Below, one piece after another: positions 37,986 to 46,318 of a stretch of DNA of 64,000 bases (the stretch's first letter is position 1; each line of letters begins with the position of its first letter). The notes beneath the pieces were generated by a model. The model was not told the origin of the DNA. It searched no databases and worked only from the letters and a program-made list of their open reading frames with translations. The DNA is from an uncultured Candidatus Saccharibacteria bacterium (lineage in GTDB: Bacteria > Patescibacteriota > Minisyncoccia > Phycocordibacterales > CSBR16-119). The stretch is from the NCBI GenBank assembly GCA_964426385.1, contig CAYRQF010000003.1, positions 22,938 through 86,937 of the forward strand. The letters run 5' to 3'. The translations under genes were made by a program, and so were the position numbers.

Positions 37986-38813
37986 TTGGGTCAGGAAACG
38001 AAACGAAAACCAGAACCTTCCATGAGAAGTACAGAAACTAAGACTCTCGTCTTTCCGGGACTTCCACATTACGGGGTCTGGCGGACACTCCAGATCGAAC
38101 ACGAGGCGGTGATACGTTGGGGGCCATATCGTGAGTGCAATACGCGCTTGCACGAGCAAACAAACCTGCACCACATCGTCAGCCTGCTGCGCATCAGTGA
38201 TCTGTACCTGCGTAACCTTCTCGGGTACGTGGTGTTCAACCTCGGTATGGTGAACACAGTGGCACAATGCCACGAGGATGGAGAAGCGGTACTCGGCAGG
38301 GATGTGAACTACAATGTGAAGACTGGTGCAGATGACTTCGCAGAGTGGGTGGCATTCCGGGATATGTTGAGTGGGGCACTCAAGGAGATGAAGCAGAGAG
38401 AGGAGCTACATAAGGCTTTTCTCCTTCAGTTCATTCTCGGCGACGTGTCTCATTTTGAGCAAGACCCCGAGGCGTTTGCCATCATCCAGGATCTCCAGCA
38501 TTACAGTTTGCTGGAGGCCAGACTCTTCAACGCCCTCGAGCGTCTCGATTATATCTACTACGCATGGCAGGCGTATGAGGACACTGGGGACGTGGTGATC
38601 CTGACACATGTGCTTCGCAGACATGTCCCTAAACTGAAGGAGTATGCATCCGGCATGATCGACGGCTTCAGCAAGGTGATGTGGACACCAGAGCAGCAGT
38701 CGCAAGCCGAGGAGATCATCGAGATGTTCAGGGAGATGCCTGGTCCGGACGGAGAGGAGATGTGGCCGGCCTACGAATGGGCAATTAAGAACGGCCACTG
38801 GAAGCCGAGATGA
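37986..38813 (+). CDS. hypothetical protein, family not recognised
   Basis: 275-aa ORF with distinct GC-rich codon usage (CTG/GTG/CAG-rich). Strong hairpin terminator follows. Confidence 0.6.
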   Translation: MGQETKRKPEPSMRSTETKTLVFPGLPHYGVWRTLQIEHEAVIRWGPYRECNTRLHEQTNLHHIVSLLRISDLYLRNLLGYVVFNLGMVNTVAQCHEDGEAVLGRDVNYNVKTGADDFAEWVAFRDMLSGALKEMKQREELHKAFLLQFILGDVSHFEQDPEAFAIIQDLQHYSLLEARLFNALERLDYIYYAWQAYEDTGDVVILTHVLRRHVPKLKEYASGMIDGFSKVMWTPEQQSQAEEIIEMFREMPGPDGEEMWPAYEWAIKNGHWKPR

Positions 38814-38827
38814 GACAAACACACGAC

Positions 38828-38860
38828 GCAAAGGGGTCCTGAGAAGGACCCCTTGCCTTT
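38828..38860 (+). terminator. rho-independent terminator
   Basis: aaggggtcc-tgagaa-ggacccctt hairpin followed by a T-run. Confidence 0.6.
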
Positions 38861-39083
38861 TGGGGGAATGTTATGTAATATGCTGACCGAACCTTTAACA
38901 CCATCTATCATGGCAAGCAGTAAGAACAAGCGTCTCGCGACCAATGTTTACGTGACTCGTGGTCACAATACGGTAGGGGGCTCTTCGAGACTTCATGTCC
39001 GTGTGACGAATGGCACGGATCAAGACAGGCGCTCTTTCCACGAAATGCTCGCGCACGCCAAGTTCATTGTTGGAGCGAAGTAG
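38853..39083 (+). CDS. small hypothetical protein (60-76 aa)
   Basis: ORF in the same GC-rich island. The start is uncertain (MLCNM, MLTEP or MASSK). Confidence 0.35.
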   Translation: MPFGGMLCNMLTEPLTPSIMASSKNKRLATNVYVTRGHNTVGGSSRLHVRVTNGTDQDRRSFHEMLAHAKFIVGAK

Positions 39084-39104
39084 GCCGTAGGCCGCTTCAG
39101 TCGA

Positions 39105-39134
39105 AAAGGACCGCCTTGCGCGGTCCTTCTTGCT
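39105..39134. terminator. bidirectional stem-loop terminator
   Basis: ggaccgc-cttg-gcggtcc hairpin flanked by A and T runs. Confidence 0.55.
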
Positions 39135-39136
39135 AG

Positions 39137-39628
39137 CTACTTCTTTTTATAGTCGACGAAATAGTATTCAGCGCCATCGGCTGAGCGGAATGGTCCGACG
39201 CGGTTCGATTCAATAAAATCTTTTTTATATTCAGGGAAATAAACATCAGCATCTTTATGTCCCTCGATCTCGGTTAGACATAGGATGTCGGTGTAGGGGA
39301 GCGCCTCCTCGAAGATCCGAGCTCCGCCGATGACGGCGATGTTCTCATCTATCTTTTTTCCATACTCGAGAGCTTCCTCTATCGTTTTGACCACCACCGC
39401 TCCCGGGAACTCACCATGATCGAGAGACGTAACCACGATATTTGTCCGATTTGGCAAGGGGCGGAATTTCTCGGGTAGGGACTCCCAAGTACGCCTGCCC
39501 ATGATGACTGGGTGCCCCAGGGTTAGGTCCTTGAAACGGCGCATATCATCAGGGATCTTGTATAAAAGGTCGTTTTTGTGCCCGAGGCCTCGGTCAGACT
39601 TTTGGATGGATGAAACGATATAAATCAT
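39137..39628 (-). CDS. folA: dihydrofolate reductase
   Basis: DHFR pattern MIY...GLG..N.L....P.D...FK..T.G..VIMGRRTWESLP. Confidence 0.9.
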   Translation of the reverse strand: MIYIVSSIQKSDRGLGHKNDLLYKIPDDMRRFKDLTLGHPVIMGRRTWESLPEKFRPLPNRTNIVVTSLDHGEFPGAVVVKTIEEALEYGKKIDENIAVIGGARIFEEALPYTDILCLTEIEGHKDADVYFPEYKKDFIESNRVGPFRSADGAEYYFVDYKKK

Positions 39629-39691
39629 ATATTTCTTATCATAGTGTCAATCATAATTTTTGCCAAATATTCTAGTATAATTGGGTTACTT

Positions 39692-40369
39692 ATGGCTATA
39701 TCAAAAGAGATCGAAATCAAGTGCCTCCTCGGCGAGGAAGCTAACGCTAACGCATTTCGTGAGAAAGTTATTGCTAAATATCCTGACGCGAAAGTGTTGC
39801 CGAAGACTAGCCAGCTCAATCATTATTTTATTAATGGAGATTTTAAATTGCTCCAAGAAAAGATCACACCATTTTTAAATGACGAGCAGAATAAAACACT
39901 CGCAGAAATAATTGAGAAGGGAAATAATTTCTCACTCCGTACTCGTTCAGTCGACGGCAGGATTCTGCTCGTCGTGAAGGCTTCTCTCGGAGCTGACACC
40001 AGCGCTAACGGCGTCTCAAGGATGGAGTTCGAAGAATCGGTTAACATGACTCTCGCCGAACTCGACAAGCTTCTCGAAGATGTAGGATTTAAATATCAGG
40101 CCAAGTGGTCTCGCGAGCGCGTCGAGTATGTCCTCCCAAATATGAATATTACTCTCGACAAGAATGCCGGTTACGGATACCTGACAGAGTTCGAGACGGT
40201 GATAGGGGACGATGCCGATGTCGAGGCGACTCGCGCGACTCTCATGCAGGAGATAGAGTCATTCGGGCTCGAGGAACTTCCGCAGGAGCGTATAGAGCGG
40301 ATGTTTGCATATTATAACGAGCACTGGCCCGAGTATTATGGGACGGAGAAGACTTTTACTATTAAATAA
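39692..40369 (+). CDS. CYTH-domain (triphosphate tunnel metalloenzyme) protein
   Basis: EIEIKCL N-terminal CYTH signature. The ORF-track start is a GTG at 39644; the internal Met at 39692 is preferred. The start offset is uncertain by 1 nt. Confidence 0.65.
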   Translation: MAISKEIEIKCLLGEEANANAFREKVIAKYPDAKVLPKTSQLNHYFINGDFKLLQEKITPFLNDEQNKTLAEIIEKGNNFSLRTRSVDGRILLVVKASLGADTSANGVSRMEFEESVNMTLAELDKLLEDVGFKYQAKWSRERVEYVLPNMNITLDKNAGYGYLTEFETVIGDDADVEATRATLMQEIESFGLEELPQERIERMFAYYNEHWPEYYGTEKTFTIK

Positions 40370-40375
40370 ACTCAC

Positions 40376-40972
40376 ATGTTTCTATCAGACGTTGATATAA
40401 AAAAGGGTGTAAAAAACGGTTCTATCGTCATCAAGCCTTTTTCCGAGAAGAAGTTACAGCTCGCGAGTTACGACGTCACCCTCGATAACGAGTTCAAGGT
40501 CATCGATAGGCACGACACGATATTCGTTGATCCGGTGAACAAGATCTTCCCGAAGACCAAGACGACGATAGTCAAAGATGGCGATGCGTTCGTTCTGCAT
40601 CCAGGTGAGACTGTCCTAGGGAAGCAGAGAGAATTCATCGGAGTTGATCACAGCCACCTCATCCTTCTCTCCGGCAAGTCTTCGCTCGCGCGTATCGGTA
40701 TCGCCGTACACACAACAGCTATGCTATTTAACCCGGGACACCATTTCTATCCAACGTTCGAACTCCTCAACACCAGCAATGTCCCAGTTATCCTCCGTCC
40801 AGGTATGGAGATCGCACAGATAATCTTCGCCAAGCTCACCAGCGAGTCGAGCAAGAACTACGAAGGCGTCCTAGGAATCGGTCGATTCGATAGTCAGAAC
40901 TCGGACCACTTCAGAATCAAGAAAATCCTTAAAAAAGCTAAGACTAAGAAACCTGGCCGGTCAGGCAAATAA
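40376..40972 (+). CDS. dcd: dCTP deaminase
   Basis: Matches the Dcd/dUTPase-like fold pattern. Confidence 0.85.
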   Translation: MFLSDVDIKKGVKNGSIVIKPFSEKKLQLASYDVTLDNEFKVIDRHDTIFVDPVNKIFPKTKTTIVKDGDAFVLHPGETVLGKQREFIGVDHSHLILLSGKSSLARIGIAVHTTAMLFNPGHHFYPTFELLNTSNVPVILRPGMEIAQIIFAKLTSESSKNYEGVLGIGRFDSQNSDHFRIKKILKKAKTKKPGRSGK

Positions 40973-40973
40973 T

Positions 40974-41960
40974 ATGGAAAAAAGACATCCAGAATATCAA
41001 TACTTAGATCTTCTCCAGGAAATCATGGACGGAGGATTCGAGAAACAAGTGTTCGGCACTGATAAATCTGTGAAGTCAGTGTTCGGTCGGATGATGAGAT
41101 ATGATCTGTCCAAAGATTTTCCACTACTTACAACGAAGAAAGTTTTCTGGAAGGGTATCGTGCATGAACTCATCTGGTTTTTGAAGGGCGATACAAATAT
41201 TAAATACCTAGCCGATAGAGGCGTGCACATCTGGGATGACTGGCCATACAAAGACTATAAGCTTGCTGTGGAGAAGGGCGAGGCACCTGCTATGACTCAG
41301 GAGGAATTTATTAACAAGATCAAAGAGGGGGCGGTAGACAGCGAGTTCGTCAAAAAGTGGGGAGAGCTCGGTCCGGTCTATGGACGCCAGTGGCGTAAAT
41401 GGCCGGCCGCAGATGGGCGTATCATCGACCAGCTTTATTGGGCTATCGAGAAGACCAAGAAGTACCCCGACAGGAAACACGTCGTGGTGTCCGCCTGGAA
41501 CCCAGAGTACATATACGAGATGGCGAAGCCTGGCACATCGATGGCTATACCGCCATGTCATACACTGTTCAATATCAATGTGACGAACGGCCGGCTCTCG
41601 CTCGCGCTATATCAACGCAGTGCAGATATGTTTCTCGGCGTACCATTTAACATCGCGAGTTATTCGCTCCTAACAGTTATCCTGGCGCAGGTGACAGGAT
41701 ATCAACCTGGAGAGTTCGTGCATTTCCTGGGCGATACCCATATCTATAGTGACCACTATGAACAGGTCAAAGAACAGCTCTCGCGCGAGCCTCGTCCATT
41801 CCCAAAGGTTCGTATAAACCCAGAAAAGAAAAATATTGATGACTTCGTCTTCGAAGATTTTGAGCTCCTAGACTATGATCCGAACGAGTCTATCAAGGCT
41901 GACATCACAGTTGTGGGAGGATTCAACGAGAAAGATCGAGATAGTTTCACCAAGAAGTAG
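40974..41960 (+). CDS. thyA: thymidylate synthase
   Basis: PPCHTLFNINV with the active-site Cys. Other ThyA motifs present. Confidence 0.95.
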   Translation: MEKRHPEYQYLDLLQEIMDGGFEKQVFGTDKSVKSVFGRMMRYDLSKDFPLLTTKKVFWKGIVHELIWFLKGDTNIKYLADRGVHIWDDWPYKDYKLAVEKGEAPAMTQEEFINKIKEGAVDSEFVKKWGELGPVYGRQWRKWPAADGRIIDQLYWAIEKTKKYPDRKHVVVSAWNPEYIYEMAKPGTSMAIPPCHTLFNINVTNGRLSLALYQRSADMFLGVPFNIASYSLLTVILAQVTGYQPGEFVHFLGDTHIYSDHYEQVKEQLSREPRPFPKVRINPEKKNIDDFVFEDFELLDYDPNESIKADITVVGGFNEKDRDSFTKK

Positions 41961-42187
41961 TTCTCGGGTATCTTTACAGACTGCTTTCATGGGTGTAGTG
42001 TCTCCTCAAACCCTACGCCCATGTACAACATCATTCCGAAGATAGCCATGGTGATACGGAACTCGATCGCAGGATTCTTTGCATTTTTGGTCATTACATC
42101 CGCGTGTAACTTGATGTACCAAAAGGCAGAGCTTGTTGCGGGAGAGATCCTTGCCGAAGCTCACCGGCGAGTAAGTCGGTCCGGTCT

Positions 42188-42421
42188 TTGACAGCGGAGC
42201 TTCTCCGATGTAACCTCGAAACAAACTCGACACCTATGAGCGCAACTATGAACGTTCCGGCCAGCGGTGGTGGACCACCAGATATTGACGAGTACTACAG
42301 GGGAGGAGATGACGACCACGACAAGGATGATGGGCCTCAGAATAAACCACCTAGCCCTTTCAAACTCTGGCTAGTCGCCGCAGCTCTCTGTATTATCGCA
42401 CTGCTCAAGGCTTGTTCTTAG
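42188..42421 (+). CDS. small acidic protein with a C-terminal TM helix (hypothetical)
   Basis: A GCCCAGCC...GGCTGGGC hairpin plus T-run terminator follows at about 42437-42480. The start is uncertain. Confidence 0.3.
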   Translation: MTAELLRCNLETNSTPMSATMNVPASGGGPPDIDEYYRGGDDDHDKDDGPQNKPPSPFKLWLVAAALCIIALLKACS

Positions 42422-42496
42422 CGGATGAGCCTAGCATGATGCCCAGCCTCTCGGATTATCTCCGAAGGGCTGGGCATTTTCGTTTCATGCTTTTCC

Positions 42497-42505
42497 TGTT
42501 AAAAT
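42497..42505 (+). promoter_or_regulatory. extended -10 element TGtTAAAAT, 7 nt upstream of the glyA ATG
   Basis: Distance to the ATG counted directly. Implies a leaderless or near-leaderless mRNA. Confidence 0.35.
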
Positions 42506-42511
42506 GCCTGC

Positions 42512-43774
42512 ATGTCCAAGAGCTATATAGAACAACAAGACCCCGAAGTCTTCGCAGCTATCGAGGGCGAGGAGAAGCGCGAATTCGAGGGACTCGAGCT
42601 CATACCGTCCGAGAACTATGTGTCGCTCGCTGTTCGCGAGGCGAATGGCTCGGTTTTCACCAACAAATACTCAGAGGGTTACCCGGGACGCCGCTACTAT
42701 GGCGGACAGGAGTTCACTGACGTCGTCGAGAATCTCGCTATCGAGCGTGCTTGTAAACTTTTCAACTGCAAATTTGCGAACGTTCAGCCACTATCCGGTG
42801 CTCCGGCGAACATGGCAGTATATGCGGCACTACTTGAGCCTGGCGACACAGTGCTAGGGATGGATCTGTCGCACGGGGGACACCTCACACACGGGCACCC
42901 GGTGACATTCCCGGCGAAAGTTTTCCGATTCATTCGTTACAAAATGAAAGATATCGAAACAGGAGAGATCGATTATGATGAGCTCCGCGAAACGGCACTA
43001 CGAGAGAGGCCGAAAATAATTCTCGCCGGATTTTCTGCGTATCCTCGGAATCTCGACTACAAGAAATTCGTCGACATTGCTCGAGAAGTCGGCGCCATCA
43101 CCGTCGCTGATATGGCGCATATCGCTGGACTCATCGCCGGGGGAGCGCTAGAGAACCCATTTGACGCAGGGTTTGATGTTATCACGACTACTACTCACAA
43201 AACTCTCCGAGGTCCACGTGGAGGGATGATACTCGTCCGAGAAAGTGAGGAGATCATCCAGAAAATCAACAAAGCCATTTTCCCAGGTCTACAGGGCGGT
43301 CCACATATGAATGTCATCGCCGCCAAAGCTGTCGCCTTCGGCGAGGCTTTGAAGCCATCGTTTGCAGAGTACGCCAAGCAGATATTACTCAATGCGAAAG
43401 CTATGGAGGCAGTATTTGCCCGTGAGAACGTCCGCATGATCACAGGCGGAACGAGCAATCACCTAATCCTCGCTGATGTTTTCGGCTCGCTCGGGGTAAC
43501 AGGCAAGGAGGCTCAGACCGTGCTCGATGAGGTGGGTATTACACTCAACATGAACGCCATCGCAGACGATGTGCGTAAGCCTATGGATCCGTCGGGTATC
43601 AGATTCGGCACGCCCGCGATAACAACTCGAGGATTCAAGGAAACAGAATGCGCGCGTGTTGCGGAGATCATGATCGAAGTCCTAAGGAATAAAGATAACG
43701 CTGATATGAAGGCTAAAGCCAAGTCAGAAATCAAATCCCTCGCCGCTAAATTCCCGATACCTGAGACTTTCTAA
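42512..43774 (+). CDS. glyA: serine hydroxymethyltransferase
   Basis: Canonical SHMT motifs including the PLP-Lys region TTTTHKTLRGPRGG. Confidence 0.95.
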   Translation: MSKSYIEQQDPEVFAAIEGEEKREFEGLELIPSENYVSLAVREANGSVFTNKYSEGYPGRRYYGGQEFTDVVENLAIERACKLFNCKFANVQPLSGAPANMAVYAALLEPGDTVLGMDLSHGGHLTHGHPVTFPAKVFRFIRYKMKDIETGEIDYDELRETALRERPKIILAGFSAYPRNLDYKKFVDIAREVGAITVADMAHIAGLIAGGALENPFDAGFDVITTTTHKTLRGPRGGMILVRESEEIIQKINKAIFPGLQGGPHMNVIAAKAVAFGEALKPSFAEYAKQILLNAKAMEAVFARENVRMITGGTSNHLILADVFGSLGVTGKEAQTVLDEVGITLNMNAIADDVRKPMDPSGIRFGTPAITTRGFKETECARVAEIMIEVLRNKDNADMKAKAKSEIKSLAAKFPIPETF

Positions 43775-43858
43775 GAACTCTTGCCAAAGCGCCGAATTGG
43801 CGTAATATCCATACTTGGCAACGCTGTTTTTTCGTTCACAACAAAACAACATAGAATC

Positions 43859-44827
43859 ATGGAAACGCCACTGTCAAAGCACATCAAAGCTGTCCATCAA
43901 GGAGCTGCATGGTTTCGAGCTGCGTTCTGGAACCAACATCCCGAGCTCGCTATAATTACGGGTACTTCGGGACCAAAATCCCTAAGCAAACATTTCGAGC
44001 CGGACTCTGTTGAGCTCGATCTGCCTGCCGACATCTTTCCTCAGCCTAGGACAGAAGGTCATGAGCACAGGGTGCAATTCGGCAGCATCCGAGGCGTCAA
44101 GGTCATCGTGATCAAAGGTCGAGCTCACTTCTGGGAAGAAGAGAACGACCCCTATCGCCCTGCCGTCATGGCAAGAGCTCTCGGACTCTGGGGGGTCAAT
44201 AACCTCGCTTTGACCAATGCGGCAGGGGGTCTTGATCTCAGTCTGAGGCCGGGAACGATCTGTGTGGTTGCAGATCATAACTCCAAGCACATGGGGCATA
44301 GCCCGCTCCGCGGTCGGCACGAGGATATGCCCGAAACATTCGGTCTGCCTCACGCGCCGATGAATCCGGTGTACGACCGCAAATTCAACAAACTGGCTGC
44401 TCAGGTGGAATACACCAGCGGCACAGTTGTCGAAAATGCGCGCTATGTCATGGTGCCAGGGCCAGAGTTTGAGACTGCCATGGAAGCAGATGAGCTAAAG
44501 GCACTTGGCGCCAACATCGTCGGCATGTCTTCTATTCCGGAGGCTATGGTGTGGCGAGCAATGGCCAATGCCTGCATAGATGGTAAGCTCGTGAAGCGGC
44601 CAATGCGCGTCATGCTTCTGTCTCTGGTTACCAACCGTGTACCGAACCAACTGCTGACAGACGAGAGTGCTGTTACTCACGAGAGTGTTCAGGAATTCGT
44701 CGCCAAAAAAGATGAGGCCTTCGCTGGGTACCTGGCAGGAGTTATCGAAATGGTCGGCAAGGATCTACGTGGAGAGATCAAAAGCTCACCTGAGAAACGT
44801 CTTCGGGTCTCTCGATTGGGACGGTGA
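43859..44827 (+). CDS. purine nucleoside / MTA phosphorylase (PNP_UDP_1 family)
   Basis: TNAAGGL and VGMSSIPEAMV motifs. The ORF track starts at 43781; the internal Met at 43859 is preferred. Confidence 0.75.
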   Translation: METPLSKHIKAVHQGAAWFRAAFWNQHPELAIITGTSGPKSLSKHFEPDSVELDLPADIFPQPRTEGHEHRVQFGSIRGVKVIVIKGRAHFWEEENDPYRPAVMARALGLWGVNNLALTNAAGGLDLSLRPGTICVVADHNSKHMGHSPLRGRHEDMPETFGLPHAPMNPVYDRKFNKLAAQVEYTSGTVVENARYVMVPGPEFETAMEADELKALGANIVGMSSIPEAMVWRAMANACIDGKLVKRPMRVMLLSLVTNRVPNQLLTDESAVTHESVQEFVAKKDEAFAGYLAGVIEMVGKDLRGEIKSSPEKRLRVSRLGR

Positions 44828-44866
44828 TGAGCATGTGCCTCACGGGTATGTGTGTGAACTAAGGGG

Positions 44867-44890
44867 AAAGGGGGCCTCGGCCCCCTTTTT
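44867..44890 (+). terminator. rho-independent terminator
   Basis: gggggcctcggccccc hairpin followed by a T-run. Confidence 0.6.
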
Positions 44891-44937
44891 CATTTCATGC
44901 TAAAATGGGTTTACAGTTATCAGTTAATACAATATTT

Positions 44938-45303
44938 ATGGAAATAATATATTTGCTCGGACGCATACTTTTGGGAGGGTACTTCATCTACAACGGCTAC
45001 AATCATTTCGCGAACTTGGACAATCTCACTGGCTACGCCAAGTCTAAAAAAGTCCCCATGGCCAAAGAGGGTGTTGTCGTGACAGGTCTGATGATGATCA
45101 TCGGTGGAGCGACTATCCTCACTGGACTCAGTATGACTATCGGTCTATGGATACTAGTAGCATTCCTCATCGTTACGAGTTTCATGATGCATCAGTTCTG
45201 GAAGATGACTGACCCGATGGCACGTATGGGCGAGGAGATCAACTTTACTAAAAATATCGCACTTGCTGGAGCACTCCTCCTCATCCTTGCGATGAAAATG
45301 TAA
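44938..45303 (+). CDS. DoxX-family small membrane protein
   Basis: LGRILLGGYFIYNGYNHF DoxX pattern. The ORF-track start at 44905 may be the real start. Confidence 0.65.
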   Translation: MEIIYLLGRILLGGYFIYNGYNHFANLDNLTGYAKSKKVPMAKEGVVVTGLMMIIGGATILTGLSMTIGLWILVAFLIVTSFMMHQFWKMTDPMARMGEEINFTKNIALAGALLLILAMKM

Positions 45304-45304
45304 T

Positions 45305-45424
45305 TTATCCCGTTAGAGATGTTTTTGTTTAAAGATATTTCAGAGGGTCAATAATTACTGAAAGTTATTTTACTAGAGGAATTAACCAAGATACGCATAT
45401 TAATAATTTGCTATCTCTAATGGG
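45305..45424. repeat. ~118-bp element with terminal inverted repeats CCCGTTAGAGAT / ATCTCTAATGGG, copy 2; right end abuts the ATG of the PCD gene
   Basis: Same termini and shared internal blocks (aataatt...atacgca...tttgct) as copy 1 at 19672-19789. Confidence 0.7.
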
Positions 45425-45748
45425 ATGGATCTAGCTCAGAAAAAATGCATTCCGTGTGAGGTGGGCGGTATGCCTCTCTCGGCAGAGAGATTGGAAACGC
45501 TTAGACCTCACGTACCTCTATGGGAGATAGAAGGGAATAAGTCTATTTCTCGTGAATTTGAATTCAAAGACTTTGTTGAAAACATGGCTTTTGTGAATAG
45601 GGTAGCGGAACTTGCCGAATCCGAAGGTCATCATCCGGATATGAATATCCATGATTGGAATAAGCTCACGATCAAGCTTAGTACTCACGCTATCGGGGGA
45701 CTGTCAGAGAATGACTTTATTTTGGCTTCAAAAATCGATACTCTGTAG
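45425..45748 (+). CDS. pterin-4a-carbinolamine dehydratase (PCD/DCoH)
   Basis: EGHHPD signature motif. Confidence 0.85.
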   Translation: MDLAQKKCIPCEVGGMPLSAERLETLRPHVPLWEIEGNKSISREFEFKDFVENMAFVNRVAELAESEGHHPDMNIHDWNKLTIKLSTHAIGGLSENDFILASKIDTL

Positions 45749-45823
45749 TTGACGAATCGCTAAAGTTGTAGTATGTTCTAGCTGAACAATTCCGTTCTCT
45801 AACGTTCCAAAACCACTAGCTTC

Positions 45824-46258
45824 ATGCACAGCGTCGTACGAACCCCTTCAGTTTTTTTTGCTGACCCTCTACCGATGGTCGCGCTACAGCGTCTTACCTT
45901 GGATGTCACATCGGCCGAGCACGTCGTCCGATGCGCCCAAGGGGGAACTGGTACTCTTTTCTGCGAGGATGCGCAAGGTCAAACCTTCAGTTTATCCTTG
46001 CGGACAAGCATCAAGCCGAGCAGCTTGTGCCCGTTACTGCAAGAGTTTCTTCGCCGCCAAGGCGTCGATCTCTACAAGCAGGGGTCAGTGATCTTCATCA
46101 CCTTCGCTCACTACAGCGATGGGCGACCCACTGATTCACCTTTCTATCTCGTCTTCTTCGGACAGGACGAAAGCCGTGTCGTCCAATTCGTCGAGATCAG
46201 TCGCGAAGAAGTTTCGCTGGCAGTACACCTCGAGAGGGGTCAAGCGTTTGCAGCCTGA
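45824..46258 (+). CDS. hypothetical protein (GC-rich ORF)
   Basis: 144-aa ORF, no recognised family. Terminator follows. Confidence 0.45.
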   Translation: MHSVVRTPSVFFADPLPMVALQRLTLDVTSAEHVVRCAQGGTGTLFCEDAQGQTFSLSLRTSIKPSSLCPLLQEFLRRQGVDLYKQGSVIFITFAHYSDGRPTDSPFYLVFFGQDESRVVQFVEISREEVSLAVHLERGQAFAA

Positions 46259-46279
46259 GAACTGGCTGCTTTGGAACGG

Positions 46280-46308
46280 AAAAAGCCCGGCGGGAGCCGG
46301 GCTTTTCC
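46280..46308. terminator. bidirectional stem-loop terminator
   Basis: agcccggc-ggga-gccgggct hairpin followed by a T-run. Confidence 0.6.
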
Positions 46309-46318
46309 ATTTCTAAAT

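Noticed and set aside
38406-38831. 141-aa minus-strand ORF
   Set aside because: Antisense to the island ORF 37986-38813. It lacks its own terminator or promoter context, whereas the plus ORF is followed by a strong terminator.
45792-45823. Additional copies of both repeat families in the 45749-45823 spacer
   Set aside because: Only 9-10-nt partial matches (tctctaacg; actagcttc). These could be chance. They are mentioned but not annotated as features.
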